This document shows positions 1 to 9,244 of a stretch of DNA of 64,000 bases, piece by piece. The notes under the pieces were generated by a model that was not told the origin of the DNA, ran no database searches, and saw only the letters and a program-made list of their open reading frames with translations. The number at the start of each line of letters is the position of its first letter. The stretch's first letter is position 1. The DNA comes from Thermoplasmatales archaeon (lineage in GTDB: Archaea > Thermoplasmatota > Thermoplasmata > Thermoplasmatales > GCA-001856825): positions 60,739 to 124,738 of the forward strand of contig JAVYRX010000002.1 in assembly GCA_038729485.1 (NCBI GenBank), in the 5' to 3' direction. The position numbers and the translations under genes were made by a program.

Positions 1-217
1 TTACGCCGATCACACTCTATCCTGCATTTTCAGAAATGTAAATTGGAGAAAAGTCCCCGTCCTTGGGCATGGCTTTCATCATTCTGTTCTGAAAAAAAAG
101 GATAATGGCAACTGCTCTTCAACATGGAAAAACAGGTCAAGAAAAACTGATAAGCGCATTGGAACAAACTGAATTCATGGTCGATACAACTGGAACGATG
201 AAAGGGACAGAGGTGAA

Positions 218-225
218 TTTATAAG
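218..225 (+). promoter_or_regulatory. TATA-box-like element (TTTATAAG) upstream of pyrF
   Basis: TTTATAAG is centred about 25 nt upstream of the pyrF ATG at 246. The spacing fits an archaeal TATA box driving a leaderless mRNA. Pattern only. Confidence 0.3.
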
Positions 226-245
226 GATATTGGAAATTGTCTACA

Positions 246-860
246 ATGGAAAAAAGAATCATTGTCGCTCTTGACGTTGACGAAAGAAAGGCCATTAAGG
301 TTGCGACAGAGGTGGGAGAGGAAGCTTATGCATTTAAAGTGGGATACCCCCTTATTCTCGGGAGTGGGGTGGGCGTGCTGAGGGAAATAGCATCTCGCGG
401 GAAAGTTATTGCTGACCTGAAAATATCTGATATTCCAGATGTGTCGGCAAACATCGCGAAGGAGCTTACTTCCCATGGCGCAGAGGGGATAATAGTTCAT
501 GGGTTCGTCGGGAGAGATGTTGTCAGCCAATGCAGAAGAGTGAGCAGGGAACTTTACGTCGTCGCAGAAATGAGCCATCCGGGCAGCCTGGAATTCATTT
601 CAGCCCACTCTGAAGAAATAGCGAAAATGGCCAAGGACGAAGGAGCTGATGGAATCGTAGCTCCCGCAACCCGTCCGGAGAGAATTAAGCTATTGAAAGA
701 GAAATCCGGCCTGAAAGTTATTTCGCCGGGTGTTGGTGCGCAGGGCGGGAGTTACAAGACTGCTCTTGAGAACGGAGCCGATTACGTTATAATAGGCAGA
801 AGCATTACCATGTCAGAAAATCCCAGAAATGCCATAAAAGAGATTATGGCAGGAACGTGA
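246..860 (+). CDS. pyrF: orotidine 5'-phosphate decarboxylase
   Basis: The translation MEKRIIVALDV...FKVGYPL...ADLKISDIPDV (D-x-K-x-x-D)...ISPGVGAQGG...VIIGRSI matches the OMP decarboxylase pattern. The ORF-track start at 237 is TTG; the first ATG is 246. Confidence 0.85.
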   Translation: MEKRIIVALDVDERKAIKVATEVGEEAYAFKVGYPLILGSGVGVLREIASRGKVIADLKISDIPDVSANIAKELTSHGAEGIIVHGFVGRDVVSQCRRVSRELYVVAEMSHPGSLEFISAHSEEIAKMAKDEGADGIVAPATRPERIKLLKEKSGLKVISPGVGAQGGSYKTALENGADYVIIGRSITMSENPRNAIKEIMAGT

Positions 861-866
861 GAATTG

Positions 867-2039
867 ATGTTTCTTAACAAGGAGGAGGAGCTCATATACG
901 ATGGAGAGGAGGGTGAGGCAAAGAAGTTATCGATAAGGCTGCTGGCTGCTCTTGGAGATCTTGGAGGAGCTGAAAAACTAATACCTATTAAATCGGCACA
1001 CATATCGGGAGTTTCATACAAGAACATAGGGGACGGAGGGATCCAGTTCCTGAAGAAGATAAGAGAAAAGGTTGCTGTCCCAACTACGCTAAATCCTCTA
1101 GGCTTTGACATAGAAAACGGTGGCCCTGTTTACATAGACGAAAAGTTCAGGAAGAAACAGATGGAAATAGTTAATCTCTATATGGAAATGGGCATAAGGG
1201 AAAGCTTCACCTGCACGCCATATTATTTTTACAATGAGCCTTCATTTGGAGATCATCTTGCTTGGGCGGAGAGTTCCGCAATAATCTATGTGAATTCTCT
1301 AATAGGCGCAAGAACTAACAGAGAATCCGGACCGTCAGCCTTGGCCTCCGCCATAATAGGGAAAACGCCGGATCACGGCCTTCACAGAACCGAAAACAGG
1401 GAACCGAATATTGCCGTAAACGTAGACACTTCCCTGGATTACACCGGGTTTGCCGCGCTCGGTCTGTATGTCGGCCCGATTCTAAAGACTAAGATACCGC
1501 TTGTAAAGGTGCCTGGTAAGGCTAAAGCAGTTGATGTTAAGGCACTTTCCGCTGCACTGTCAGCCACTTCTTCTATTCCTATGTTCCACTTGGATGGAAT
1601 TACACCCGAATCCAATCTTCCATTGGAAACAACAGAGACGATAGAAGTAAGCAGATCTGACATCGAGGAGACAATAAATAAAAATTCCTCTCGTACAGAA
1701 CCGGATCTTATAGCGATAGGGTGTCCGCACCTTTCACCGGAAGAGATAGAGTTTATAGCGAGCAAAGTTAAGGGCAAGAAAAAAACAGGACCTGACCTCT
1801 TGTTGTTCACGTCAAGGGAGGTAAGGGAAAAGGAGGCTCAGGCAGTGAAAATAATAGAGGATTTCGGAGGAAAGGTTCTCACCGATACCTGCATGGTAGT
1901 ATCCCCTCTCAGCAACAAATATGCGAGCACGGGTACTAACTCCGGGAAGGCCAGTTTCTATCTGCCCCTCAAGGGATACGGTAACCAGAAGGTGACCTTC
2001 ATGGCCATCATTGATCTTCTGAAATGGGTGATAGCGTGA
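867..2039 (+). CDS. aconitase X (AcnX) catalytic/large subunit, DUF521 family
   Basis: 390 aa with SAHISGVSY, FTCTPY, AESSAIIYVNSLIGARTN, GCPHLS and DTCMVV. This is the Cys pattern and overall layout of DUF521 Fe-S dehydratases. It overlaps the downstream DUF126 ORF by 16 nt. The ORF-track start at 864 is TTG; ATG is at 867. Confidence 0.7.
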   Translation: MFLNKEEELIYDGEEGEAKKLSIRLLAALGDLGGAEKLIPIKSAHISGVSYKNIGDGGIQFLKKIREKVAVPTTLNPLGFDIENGGPVYIDEKFRKKQMEIVNLYMEMGIRESFTCTPYYFYNEPSFGDHLAWAESSAIIYVNSLIGARTNRESGPSALASAIIGKTPDHGLHRTENREPNIAVNVDTSLDYTGFAALGLYVGPILKTKIPLVKVPGKAKAVDVKALSAALSATSSIPMFHLDGITPESNLPLETTETIEVSRSDIEETINKNSSRTEPDLIAIGCPHLSPEEIEFIASKVKGKKKTGPDLLLFTSREVREKEAQAVKIIEDFGGKVLTDTCMVVSPLSNKYASTGTNSGKASFYLPLKGYGNQKVTFMAIIDLLKWVIA

Positions 2040-2815
2040 TAAAGGGCAGAGGGTTGTCTCCTGGGACTGCATCCGCTGAGGCCATAGTTTGCGATCAATA
2101 CATATCCCCTCTTGGGGAGATTAAGGAAGATGGTCACATAATGTCCGGACCTTGTGAGGGTACCGAAATATCCGGAAAGATTTTTATCTTTAGGGGAGGG
2201 AGAGGTTCCACAGTTGGATCTTACGTCCTCCTTCAGCTAAGGGGAAGCGGAAAGGCGCCTGCGGGAATAATTAACGAGGTGGGAGAACAGATGATAGTAA
2301 CAGGAGCAATCATATCCGATCTGCCGATGGTTGATTCTGTGCCGATAGACATTTTCCTGACTGGAGATTCTGTGACCATAAACGGATCAACTGGCGATGT
2401 AAAGATAGAGAACGTGCAAGAGAGAAAGGTTGCAACCGCATACGTAGTCAACGGGGACAGGCTGCTTCTGATGAAAAGGTCTGAATCTGCCCCTTCGTAT
2501 GCAGGCATGTTCGGAGGTGTTTCAGGATATGTGGAGGCAAAGGAGAATCCCGTTGAAACGGCGATCCGAGAGGTAGCGGAAGAGACGTCCATCAATAATC
2601 TTGAGATAATGAAAGTTGGGAAGGAAGTTCAGGTGAGATACGGTAAAATTCTGTTTAGGATAACTCCCGTTCTACTAAAGACGGATTCTAAGGACGTAAA
2701 ATTGAACTATGAGAATTCGTCCTATTCGTGGGTGACAAAGAAAGAGCTCCAGGACATTAATACCGTTCCGAAATTCAAGGAAGTATACGAGGCACTCCTG
2801 AAAGCCAATCCCTAA
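2024..2815 (+). CDS. AcnX small (swivel, DUF126) subunit fused to a C-terminal Nudix hydrolase domain
   Basis: The N-terminal ~130 aa fit the DUF126 pattern: GRGLSPGTASAEAIV...ISGKIFIFRGGRGSTVGSYVLLQL...KAPAGIIN...TGAIISDLPMV. The C-terminal half carries a near-perfect Nudix box, G-YVEAK-E-NPVETAI-RE-V-A-EE-T-S-I, with the last G replaced by S. Confidence 0.7.
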   Translation: MGDSVIKGRGLSPGTASAEAIVCDQYISPLGEIKEDGHIMSGPCEGTEISGKIFIFRGGRGSTVGSYVLLQLRGSGKAPAGIINEVGEQMIVTGAIISDLPMVDSVPIDIFLTGDSVTINGSTGDVKIENVQERKVATAYVVNGDRLLLMKRSESAPSYAGMFGGVSGYVEAKENPVETAIREVAEETSINNLEIMKVGKEVQVRYGKILFRITPVLLKTDSKDVKLNYENSSYSWVTKKELQDINTVPKFKEVYEALLKANP

Positions 2816-2826
2816 AGTAAAATATT

Positions 2827-4131
2827 ATGAAAAATTACCTCCTTATGCACATAAGCGAGGTTCTCAGGGAAGAATCTGTGTCGAAACAGGTTACAATCAG
2901 AGGTTGGGTATACAGAGCCAGAGAATCTGGAAGCCTCGTCTTCCTTGTGATAAGAGATTCCACGAATATAATTCAAGTCGTTGTAGAAAAGAATTCTGTT
3001 AACAGTGAGGAATTCGATCTCGCAAGAAAGGCTACAGTAGAGAGCTCAGTTGAAGTGACCGGGATTTGCATGAAAGAAAAAAAAGCTGTTACGGGATATG
3101 AAATCCACGCGACAAAGCTTATTTTTTACCAGGTAGCCGATATCTTCCCCATTACCAGGGACAAGAGTGATGAGTTCCTTCTTGACATAAGGCATCTGTG
3201 GCTAAGAAGCAGAGAAATGACGGCTACGTTGAAAATAAGGGAAGCTGTCCTTGAACTTATAAGGACTTTCATGAAGCAAAGAGATTACCATGAAGTTCAA
3301 CCTCCGATGTTCGTTGGTGCATCCGTGGAAGGGGGTTCTACATTATTTGAGGTACCCTATTTTGGGGAGAAGGCTTACCTAACCCAGTCCTCACAGTTCT
3401 ACCTCGAAGCGTTCATCTTCGCCCTAGAGAACGTTTATACTATATCACCATCGTTTAGGGCAGAAAAATCAAGGACAAGAAGACATGTGACTGAGTTCAC
3501 CCACTACGAAGCTGAGGCAGCCTGGGTTGACAACCAGCGAATGATGGATTTGGAGGAGGAACTCGTAGTATACATAGCTGGAAACCTGGTATCCGGAATG
3601 AAGGATGAGCTGGAGATTCTTAAGAGGGACGTAGCAAAGCTCAAGAACATTGAGAAGCCATTTTACAGATACAGATACGAGAAAGTAATAGAGATCGGGA
3701 GAGGAAAGGGGCTGGAGCTGGAAGATAATGTGGACCTCGGAGAAAAGGAAGAGAGGGTAATCACTCAAGATTTTGACAAGCCAATATTTATCTACAATTT
3801 TCCTGCGTCCCTAAAACCCTTCTACCACAGGCCGGATCCTGAGGACAAATCTCACGTTCTTAACCATGACCTGCTAGCCCCGGAGGGGTACGGGGAAATA
3901 ATAGGCGGAGGGGAAAGGATATGGAGTAAGGAGGAGCTTATAGCCAGGATAAGGGCGGAGAATCTACGGGTGGAAGACTATCAATGGTACATTGACTTAA
4001 GAAGCTACGGAAGCGTACCCCATTCAGGCTTTGGCCTGGGAGTCGACAGGATGGTTACCTGGCTGACTGGACTAGATCACATCAACAAAATTATAGCCTT
4101 CCCTAGGACTATCAGGCGGCTAAGGCCCTGA
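2827..4131 (+). CDS. asnS: asparaginyl-tRNA synthetase (class IIb aaRS)
   Basis: 434 aa with an N-terminal OB fold (VTIRGWVYRARESGSLVFLVIRD). Motif 2 is FRAEKSRTRRHVTEF, motif 3 is GFGLGVDRMV, and the C-terminus is FPRTIRRLRP. I called AsnRS over AspRS on the motif-2 pattern. Confidence 0.75.
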   Translation: MKNYLLMHISEVLREESVSKQVTIRGWVYRARESGSLVFLVIRDSTNIIQVVVEKNSVNSEEFDLARKATVESSVEVTGICMKEKKAVTGYEIHATKLIFYQVADIFPITRDKSDEFLLDIRHLWLRSREMTATLKIREAVLELIRTFMKQRDYHEVQPPMFVGASVEGGSTLFEVPYFGEKAYLTQSSQFYLEAFIFALENVYTISPSFRAEKSRTRRHVTEFTHYEAEAAWVDNQRMMDLEEELVVYIAGNLVSGMKDELEILKRDVAKLKNIEKPFYRYRYEKVIEIGRGKGLELEDNVDLGEKEERVITQDFDKPIFIYNFPASLKPFYHRPDPEDKSHVLNHDLLAPEGYGEIIGGGERIWSKEELIARIRAENLRVEDYQWYIDLRSYGSVPHSGFGLGVDRMVTWLTGLDHINKIIAFPRTIRRLRP

Positions 4132-4179
4132 TTAGCTTGAACCGTTTGAAATGATTTTTATTACGGTAGAACATGAAGA

Positions 4180-4431
4180 ATGGTGAGATGCGTTTTCTCC
4201 GACCTCAAAGGGATCTGCCATTATAAGTATCCCGGCTATAGATGTATTGAAGAAGAATGCGAAGTGTGGGGTATGTATAATGCGATGGACAACGAATGCG
4301 TATATCTCGACAAGAAGGGATGCTGGAAGCTTAACCTTCTTGCATGCAAAGGGAGAGAAAACTGCGTATTCTTCAGGGAGCATTTTGACAATCCCTCTGA
4401 AGTGAAGAAGTCGCCCGACAATGAAAAATGA
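4180..4431 (+). CDS. small cysteine-rich hypothetical protein (83 aa, 9 Cys)
   Basis: ATG-initiated ORF in an otherwise empty gap between asnS and the NMD3 homolog. Cys are spaced as C..C, CxxxxC and similar (RCVF...GICHYKYPGYRCIEEECEVWG...NECVY...GCWKLNLLACKGRENC). I recognise no family. Confidence 0.35.
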   Translation: MVRCVFSDLKGICHYKYPGYRCIEEECEVWGMYNAMDNECVYLDKKGCWKLNLLACKGRENCVFFREHFDNPSEVKKSPDNEK

Positions 4432-4454
4432 TTTAACTTAACATTCAATTATGA

Positions 4455-5426
4455 TTCACGAAGTGCATTGTTTGTGGCAAGGAGACGGGAAGCAGTCAGT
4501 ACATCTGTGACGAATGCAGTAGACCTAGGGAGAGCCATGACGGAATTACGAGAATAAAGATAAGAAAATGCCCAAATTGCGGAAGAGTTATGTATAAGGC
4601 CTGGGATGATATCGATAGGGACAATGTTCCAAAATCCATCCTAGAAAATGCCCTTGGTTTGTCTGTCAAGGAGTTTTCTACTTCAGGAGACGAGAGAAAC
4701 ATAAGGATAAAGTACATTGTAAATTCCAAAGAAAAGGATGAGAGTCTTGAGGAAAGTCTTGTCGTGCAGGTTTCCTCTTCAACATGCCCAATGTGCACAA
4801 AGAAACTAGGTAATTACTACGAGGCAACAATTCAGATCAGAGGAGCGTTAGAGGGTGAGAAAGACGTAATAAAGTACATAGATATGCTTGTTGAACATTC
4901 CCCTTCCGGAGACGTCTTCATTACGAGAATAGACAGGAGGAAGGAGGGACATGACGTTCTTCTCTCAGACAAAAAGTTTGCCAGGGCCGCTGCAAGGAAA
5001 GCGATTGAGAGATTCGGAGGAACTTTAAAGGAGACTTCTCACCTTGTCGGTCTGAAAGATGGAAACGAACTGTACAGAATCACCATATCTATGCGCCTTC
5101 CTGACTTTAAAAGGGGGGATGTAATCTCGTTAGCTGACAGGCTCTTCATGGTTAAGCTGATCAGAGGAGACATACTGACCCTCGTTGACATAAGGGCTGG
5201 ATCTGCCCTAAAGATGAAATTCAGAGATTTGGAGAATTATTCTGTCTTTAGTGCGAAGGAGAATATTAGAGAGGCAAGGGTGCTTTATAGACAGGGGGAT
5301 ACAGCATACGTGATGGACCCTTTTGACTTCAAAGAAAAGGCGGTCCTGAGCAAGGGGGATTCAAAAGCCATAACGGTAATAAAGATTGGAGAAGAACTGA
5401 TTGCAATAGAGAGTACCTCGAATTAA
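4455..5426 (+). CDS. NMD3 family protein (archaeal homolog of the 60S export adaptor); start codon unresolved
   Basis: The frame is open from the stop at 4452-4454. It encodes CIVCGKE...CDEC...RKCPNCG...STCPMCTKKLGNYYEATIQIRG, which is the NMD3 zinc-cluster plus YEAxIQxR pattern. The ORF track begins only at ATG 4590, which would delete the first three CxxC pairs. See finding. Confidence 0.7.
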   Translation, partial: FTKCIVCGKETGSSQYICDECSRPRESHDGITRIKIRKCPNCGRVMYKAWDDIDRDNVPKSILENALGLSVKEFSTSGDERNIRIKYIVNSKEKDESLEESLVVQVSSSTCPMCTKKLGNYYEATIQIRGALEGEKDVIKYIDMLVEHSPSGDVFITRIDRRKEGHDVLLSDKKFARAAARKAIERFGGTLKETSHLVGLKDGNELYRITISMRLPDFKRGDVISLADRLFMVKLIRGDILTLVDIRAGSALKMKFRDLENYSVFSAKENIREARVLYRQGDTAYVMDPFDFKEKAVLSKGDSKAITVIKIGEELIAIESTSN

Positions 5427-8400
5427 CCCCTCTTCATCATCTTTACCTTTAGATTCATCCCTGAAATTTCCCAGTCAGCCTCCAATCCTTGATCCACTTT
5501 TCCCACTTCACCCTGAGTATTCTCGAGCACGTAATCTGCATACTCTTCAAACGCCCTGATCAACAAATTGTCCCCTGATAGTTCTATCGTCACCCGATCC
5601 GTATAATCCAGGTCAAGCTGTCTTCTCATGCTTTGGATCCTCCTTACAATTTCTCTTGCGAACCCCTCAAACATCAGCCTTTCGTCAGACTCCTTGTTTA
5701 TAAGTATTGAGAAATTCGCCGACTCGTCTGATATGTAGTTTCCTTTCAGCTCTTTAACAACGTCAACGTCATTCCCATCTACATTCCTTCCAAGAACCGT
5801 GGCTTTCCCTTCTAATTTTAGGGAGGCCTGAATCTCGTGCTTTGATAGCTCAGCTTCAGCAGCTGGAAGCTCCCTACCAAATATCTTTCCCGCAACATTC
5901 CTCTTGAGTAAGAAACGCTCATTTATAAAATCATCCAATTTTCCTATTTTGAGCTCCTTTGCGTTTAGCTCTTTCTTTATTATATCTTGAAATTCCTCTA
6001 CGATGCTGTAATATTTGCTGTCTGTAACCACCACTTCCTTTACTGGCCTCCTTAGAGTCAGCCCGTTCTTCTGCCTTATCCTTCTTCCTACCTCAACGAG
6101 TGCCTTTACTGCTTCCATATCCTCTATTATCTTCTCATCTTGTTCGGCTGCCAAAGGATAGCGGACTAGGTGAACGGATCTTTCTCCAGTCATCTTTCTA
6201 TACATGTATTCTGAAAAATAAGGGGCGAAAGGTGCAAGCAAAATAACTGAAGTCCGTATTGCGAAATAAGATGCATAATATGCCGATTTCTTACCCTGCG
6301 TCACCTCGTTTCCCCAGAATATGTCCCTGGAAAGCCTGAGGTACCACTGGCTTATGTCTAGGATCAGATCCTTAATTTCATCCAATGCAAGGTGAGGTTC
6401 ATAGTTATCCATATGCTTTGTTACGAGATCAACACACCTGTTTGTTCTAGAGATCAGCCATTTGTCAAGCTTAGATGTGATTTTCTCTTCAGAAGGAACC
6501 CATCTGTCCAAGTTTGCGTTTGTTGAAAAAAGAAGATATGAGTTGTAGAGAGTGCCAAGTATTTTCCACGATAACTCGCGGGCAGTTTCCTCCGTGAACC
6601 TCTTTGGCTTCCATGGTGGACCCTGAAAGAAGAAAAGACGGAGTGAATCCGTGCCTATGCGGTTTATTATCTCAAGAGGGTCTACAGTATCCCCCCTAGA
6701 TTTGCTCATCTTTTCCCCTTTGGAATTCAGTATGAATTCCATTACAACTACATTCTTGAATGCATTTCTTCCAAATAGCAGGGATGATATAACGTGAAGA
6801 GAGTAAAACCAACCCCTAGTCTGATCCATTGCCTCGCTTATGAAATCTATTGGACTGTTTTCGTTGAATAGCTGAGTATTTTCAAAAGGATAGTGGAATT
6901 GAGCAAAAAACGCGGAACCTGAATCGAACCACGTATCAATTGGATAAGGCTCTCTTTTCATTAGTTCTCCACATTCATTGCATTTAATCACGACCTGGTC
7001 TACCTTGGGTCTGTGGAGCTCAAAATTTTCTGGGACAAAGGATGCCCTGTCCATAAGCTCTTTCTTGCTGCCAGGGACAAAAACGTGACCGTTCCTGCAC
7101 GTCCATACGGGAAGCGGCGTTCCCCAGAACCTGTTTCTGGAAAGAGCCCAGTCCTTCCCCTCGCTCAAGAAATTTCCGAACCTACCGGATCCAATATAAT
7201 CGGGTTTCCAATTTACGTTTTCATTGTATCTGACGATCCGATCCCTTGCTTTTGAGACCCCGATGAACCATGATTCGATTGGGTAATATATCAGCCTAGT
7301 ATCGCATCGCCAGCAAAATGGGTATGTATGGATAGCCTTCTCTGTCTTGAAAAGCTTCCCTTTGGTCTTCAGAAAGGAAATTATGTCCACGCTTGCAGTT
7401 TGAACATCCATGCCCTTCCAGGGGGAATCGAGTGAGATTTTCCCGGAATCATCCACTGTCACGTATAAGTCTCCCTTCTCCCTCTTCATGACGTTGTAGT
7501 CGTCCGCGCCGAATGCAGGAGCTATATGCACTATGCCGGAGCCGTCCTCCTTCGTAACGAAATCAGCTGAGACAACGTACAGCCCTTTCTTCACGGGAAG
7601 GAAAGGGATGAGCTGCTCGTACCTGATGCCAACAAGCTCATTCCCAACTTTCTTGTCCAGGATTTTCATGTCTGGGAACAATATTCTTCCGCGGTCTTCC
7701 TGAACCCATACTTTCATCCCCTTGCTCTCTGTCAACACGTATGTAAAATCAGGATTGACTGCGAGAAACTCATTTGCTGGTAAAGTCCAAGGAGTCGTTG
7801 TCCAAACCAAAAAATATTCTTCTTTCCCTTCTATCTTGAAAAGCACATATATGGAAAAGTCCTCCACTTCCTTGTACCCCTGTGCAACCTCATGTGAGCT
7901 GAGCGTTGTCCCGCACCTTGGACAGTAAGGCGATACCCTAAAGTCCTTGAATAGGAGCCCTTCGTTGTACAGTTTCTTTAGCGCCCACCATTCGCTTTCA
8001 ATGTATTCGTCTTTCATTGTTACATATGCATTCTTGTAGTCAACCCAATAGGCTAGTCTCTTCGACGCTTCCTCCCACAGTTTCACGTACTCGAATACAC
8101 TATTTTTGCACATTTCGTTGAACTTATCAATTCCCATCTTCTCAATTTCAGATTTATTCTTTATACCCAGCTTCTTCTCTATCTCTATTTCAACTGGCAG
8201 ACCGTGGCAGTCCCATCCGGCAATTCTCGGGTATATATAGTATCCTTTCATGGTCTTGTACCTTAGAAAGAGGTCTTTCATGGCCCTAGTCTCGGCATGG
8301 CCTATGTGCGGAGGGCCGTTAGCAGTCGGAGGCCCTTCGACAAATGAAAACCTTTCTCCTCCCTTATTAATTGAGAAAGATTTCTCCATTATCCTCTCTT

Positions 8401-8530
8401 TTTCCCAGTATTCCAATGTTTCCTTTTCAATGCTTATGAGATCGAAAGATTGCGGGACCTTTTCCAGCATGGGCTTCTTTATGTGCATCTTGTTCATATC
8501 AATTTCTATTCCGTCGGTGTACAGCCACAT
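5423..8530 (-). CDS. ileS: isoleucyl-tRNA synthetase
   Basis: 1035 aa class I aaRS with HIGH-type motif GPPTANGPPHIGH, a KMSKS motif, and WTTTPWTLPAN flanking the editing domain. The true start may be an internal Met (8488 or 8470). Confidence 0.9.
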   Translation of the reverse strand: MWLYTDGIEIDMNKMHIKKPMLEKVPQSFDLISIEKETLEYWEKERIMEKSFSINKGGERFSFVEGPPTANGPPHIGHAETRAMKDLFLRYKTMKGYYIYPRIAGWDCHGLPVEIEIEKKLGIKNKSEIEKMGIDKFNEMCKNSVFEYVKLWEEASKRLAYWVDYKNAYVTMKDEYIESEWWALKKLYNEGLLFKDFRVSPYCPRCGTTLSSHEVAQGYKEVEDFSIYVLFKIEGKEEYFLVWTTTPWTLPANEFLAVNPDFTYVLTESKGMKVWVQEDRGRILFPDMKILDKKVGNELVGIRYEQLIPFLPVKKGLYVVSADFVTKEDGSGIVHIAPAFGADDYNVMKREKGDLYVTVDDSGKISLDSPWKGMDVQTASVDIISFLKTKGKLFKTEKAIHTYPFCWRCDTRLIYYPIESWFIGVSKARDRIVRYNENVNWKPDYIGSGRFGNFLSEGKDWALSRNRFWGTPLPVWTCRNGHVFVPGSKKELMDRASFVPENFELHRPKVDQVVIKCNECGELMKREPYPIDTWFDSGSAFFAQFHYPFENTQLFNENSPIDFISEAMDQTRGWFYSLHVISSLLFGRNAFKNVVVMEFILNSKGEKMSKSRGDTVDPLEIINRIGTDSLRLFFFQGPPWKPKRFTEETARELSWKILGTLYNSYLLFSTNANLDRWVPSEEKITSKLDKWLISRTNRCVDLVTKHMDNYEPHLALDEIKDLILDISQWYLRLSRDIFWGNEVTQGKKSAYYASYFAIRTSVILLAPFAPYFSEYMYRKMTGERSVHLVRYPLAAEQDEKIIEDMEAVKALVEVGRRIRQKNGLTLRRPVKEVVVTDSKYYSIVEEFQDIIKKELNAKELKIGKLDDFINERFLLKRNVAGKIFGRELPAAEAELSKHEIQASLKLEGKATVLGRNVDGNDVDVVKELKGNYISDESANFSILINKESDERLMFEGFAREIVRRIQSMRRQLDLDYTDRVTIELSGDNLLIRAFEEYADYVLENTQGEVGKVDQGLEADWEISGMNLKVKMMKRG

Positions 8531-8761
8531 TCAGAGTGGCTCATTTTTGGTCCCCTGGAATTATGACGATCTCAATTTTACCCCCCGTCATTTAACTGAT
8601 GACTTCGGAAGTAGGAGAATTAAGCAAATGACTTCCTTCAGCGGAGCTCCACTGTTGCAGCGGAGGCGATTCCGTCAAGTTGGTGCTTTTTTCAGAATCC
8701 GCAGAAGTAAAATCAATAAATGCTTAAATACAGCATCCCGATTCACTCCGCAACACCGGTG

Positions 8762-9055
8762 ATGGAATTGAAGTTACCTAGAAAAGTTAAGAGATATTGT
8801 CCTTTCTGTAAGAGGCATACCCTTCAGGAGATAGAGAGAGTAAAGAAGAGAAAAGCCAGCGAATTGAGGAAGGGGCAAAGAAGATTCAGAAGAGTTACAT
8901 CTGGTTATGGCGGATTTCCAAGGCCAGTTTATGAGGGGAGGGAAAAGCCAACAAAGAGAATAAACATAAGGTACAGGTGTCTTGAATGCAAAAAATCATA
9001 CCACACCCCTACTTGGAGGGCCAAGAAATTTGAACTGGAAGAGGCTGAGGCTTAA
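8762..9055 (+). CDS. rpl44e: 50S ribosomal protein L44e (eL42)
   Basis: MELKLPRKVKRYCPFCKRHTLQ...CLECKK zinc ribbon followed by a basic tail. It is followed by S27e and aIF2alpha as in the conserved archaeal cluster. The ORF-track start at 8720 adds 14 unlikely residues. Confidence 0.9.
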   Translation: MELKLPRKVKRYCPFCKRHTLQEIERVKKRKASELRKGQRRFRRVTSGYGGFPRPVYEGREKPTKRINIRYRCLECKKSYHTPTWRAKKFELEEAEA

Positions 9056-9244
9056 ATGTTCGTGAAACCAAAAGGCATGGAGAAATCTTTCATAAAGATA
9101 AGATGTCCAGATTGCGGGTCTGAAACGATAACTTATTCTAGAGGGTCTACTGAGGTGAAATGCCACGTATGCGGCGCCGTCTTGGCTAAACCTTCCGGAG
9201 GGAAATACCTGATAAATGGAGAGATAATCGGAGAATTCAAATGA
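9056..9244 (+). CDS. rps27e: 30S ribosomal protein S27e (eS27)
   Basis: 62 aa with a C4 zinc ribbon, IRCPDCGSE...VKCHVCGAVL, in the typical position after L44e. Confidence 0.9.
   Translation: MFVKPKGMEKSFIKIRCPDCGSETITYSRGSTEVKCHVCGAVLAKPSGGKYLINGEIIGEFK

Noticed and set aside
1-236. Open frames at the left window edge and a 39-codon ORF (105-224)
   Set aside because: One frame is open for 56 codons from the edge and could be a gene 3' end, but nothing is recognisable. The 39-aa ORF has no motif. The evidence is insufficient to call either.
8250-8762. 170-aa plus-strand ORF reaching into the ileS/L44e spacer
   Set aside because: It is mostly antisense to the ileS 5' region, has no motif, and ends where the real L44e ATG begins.
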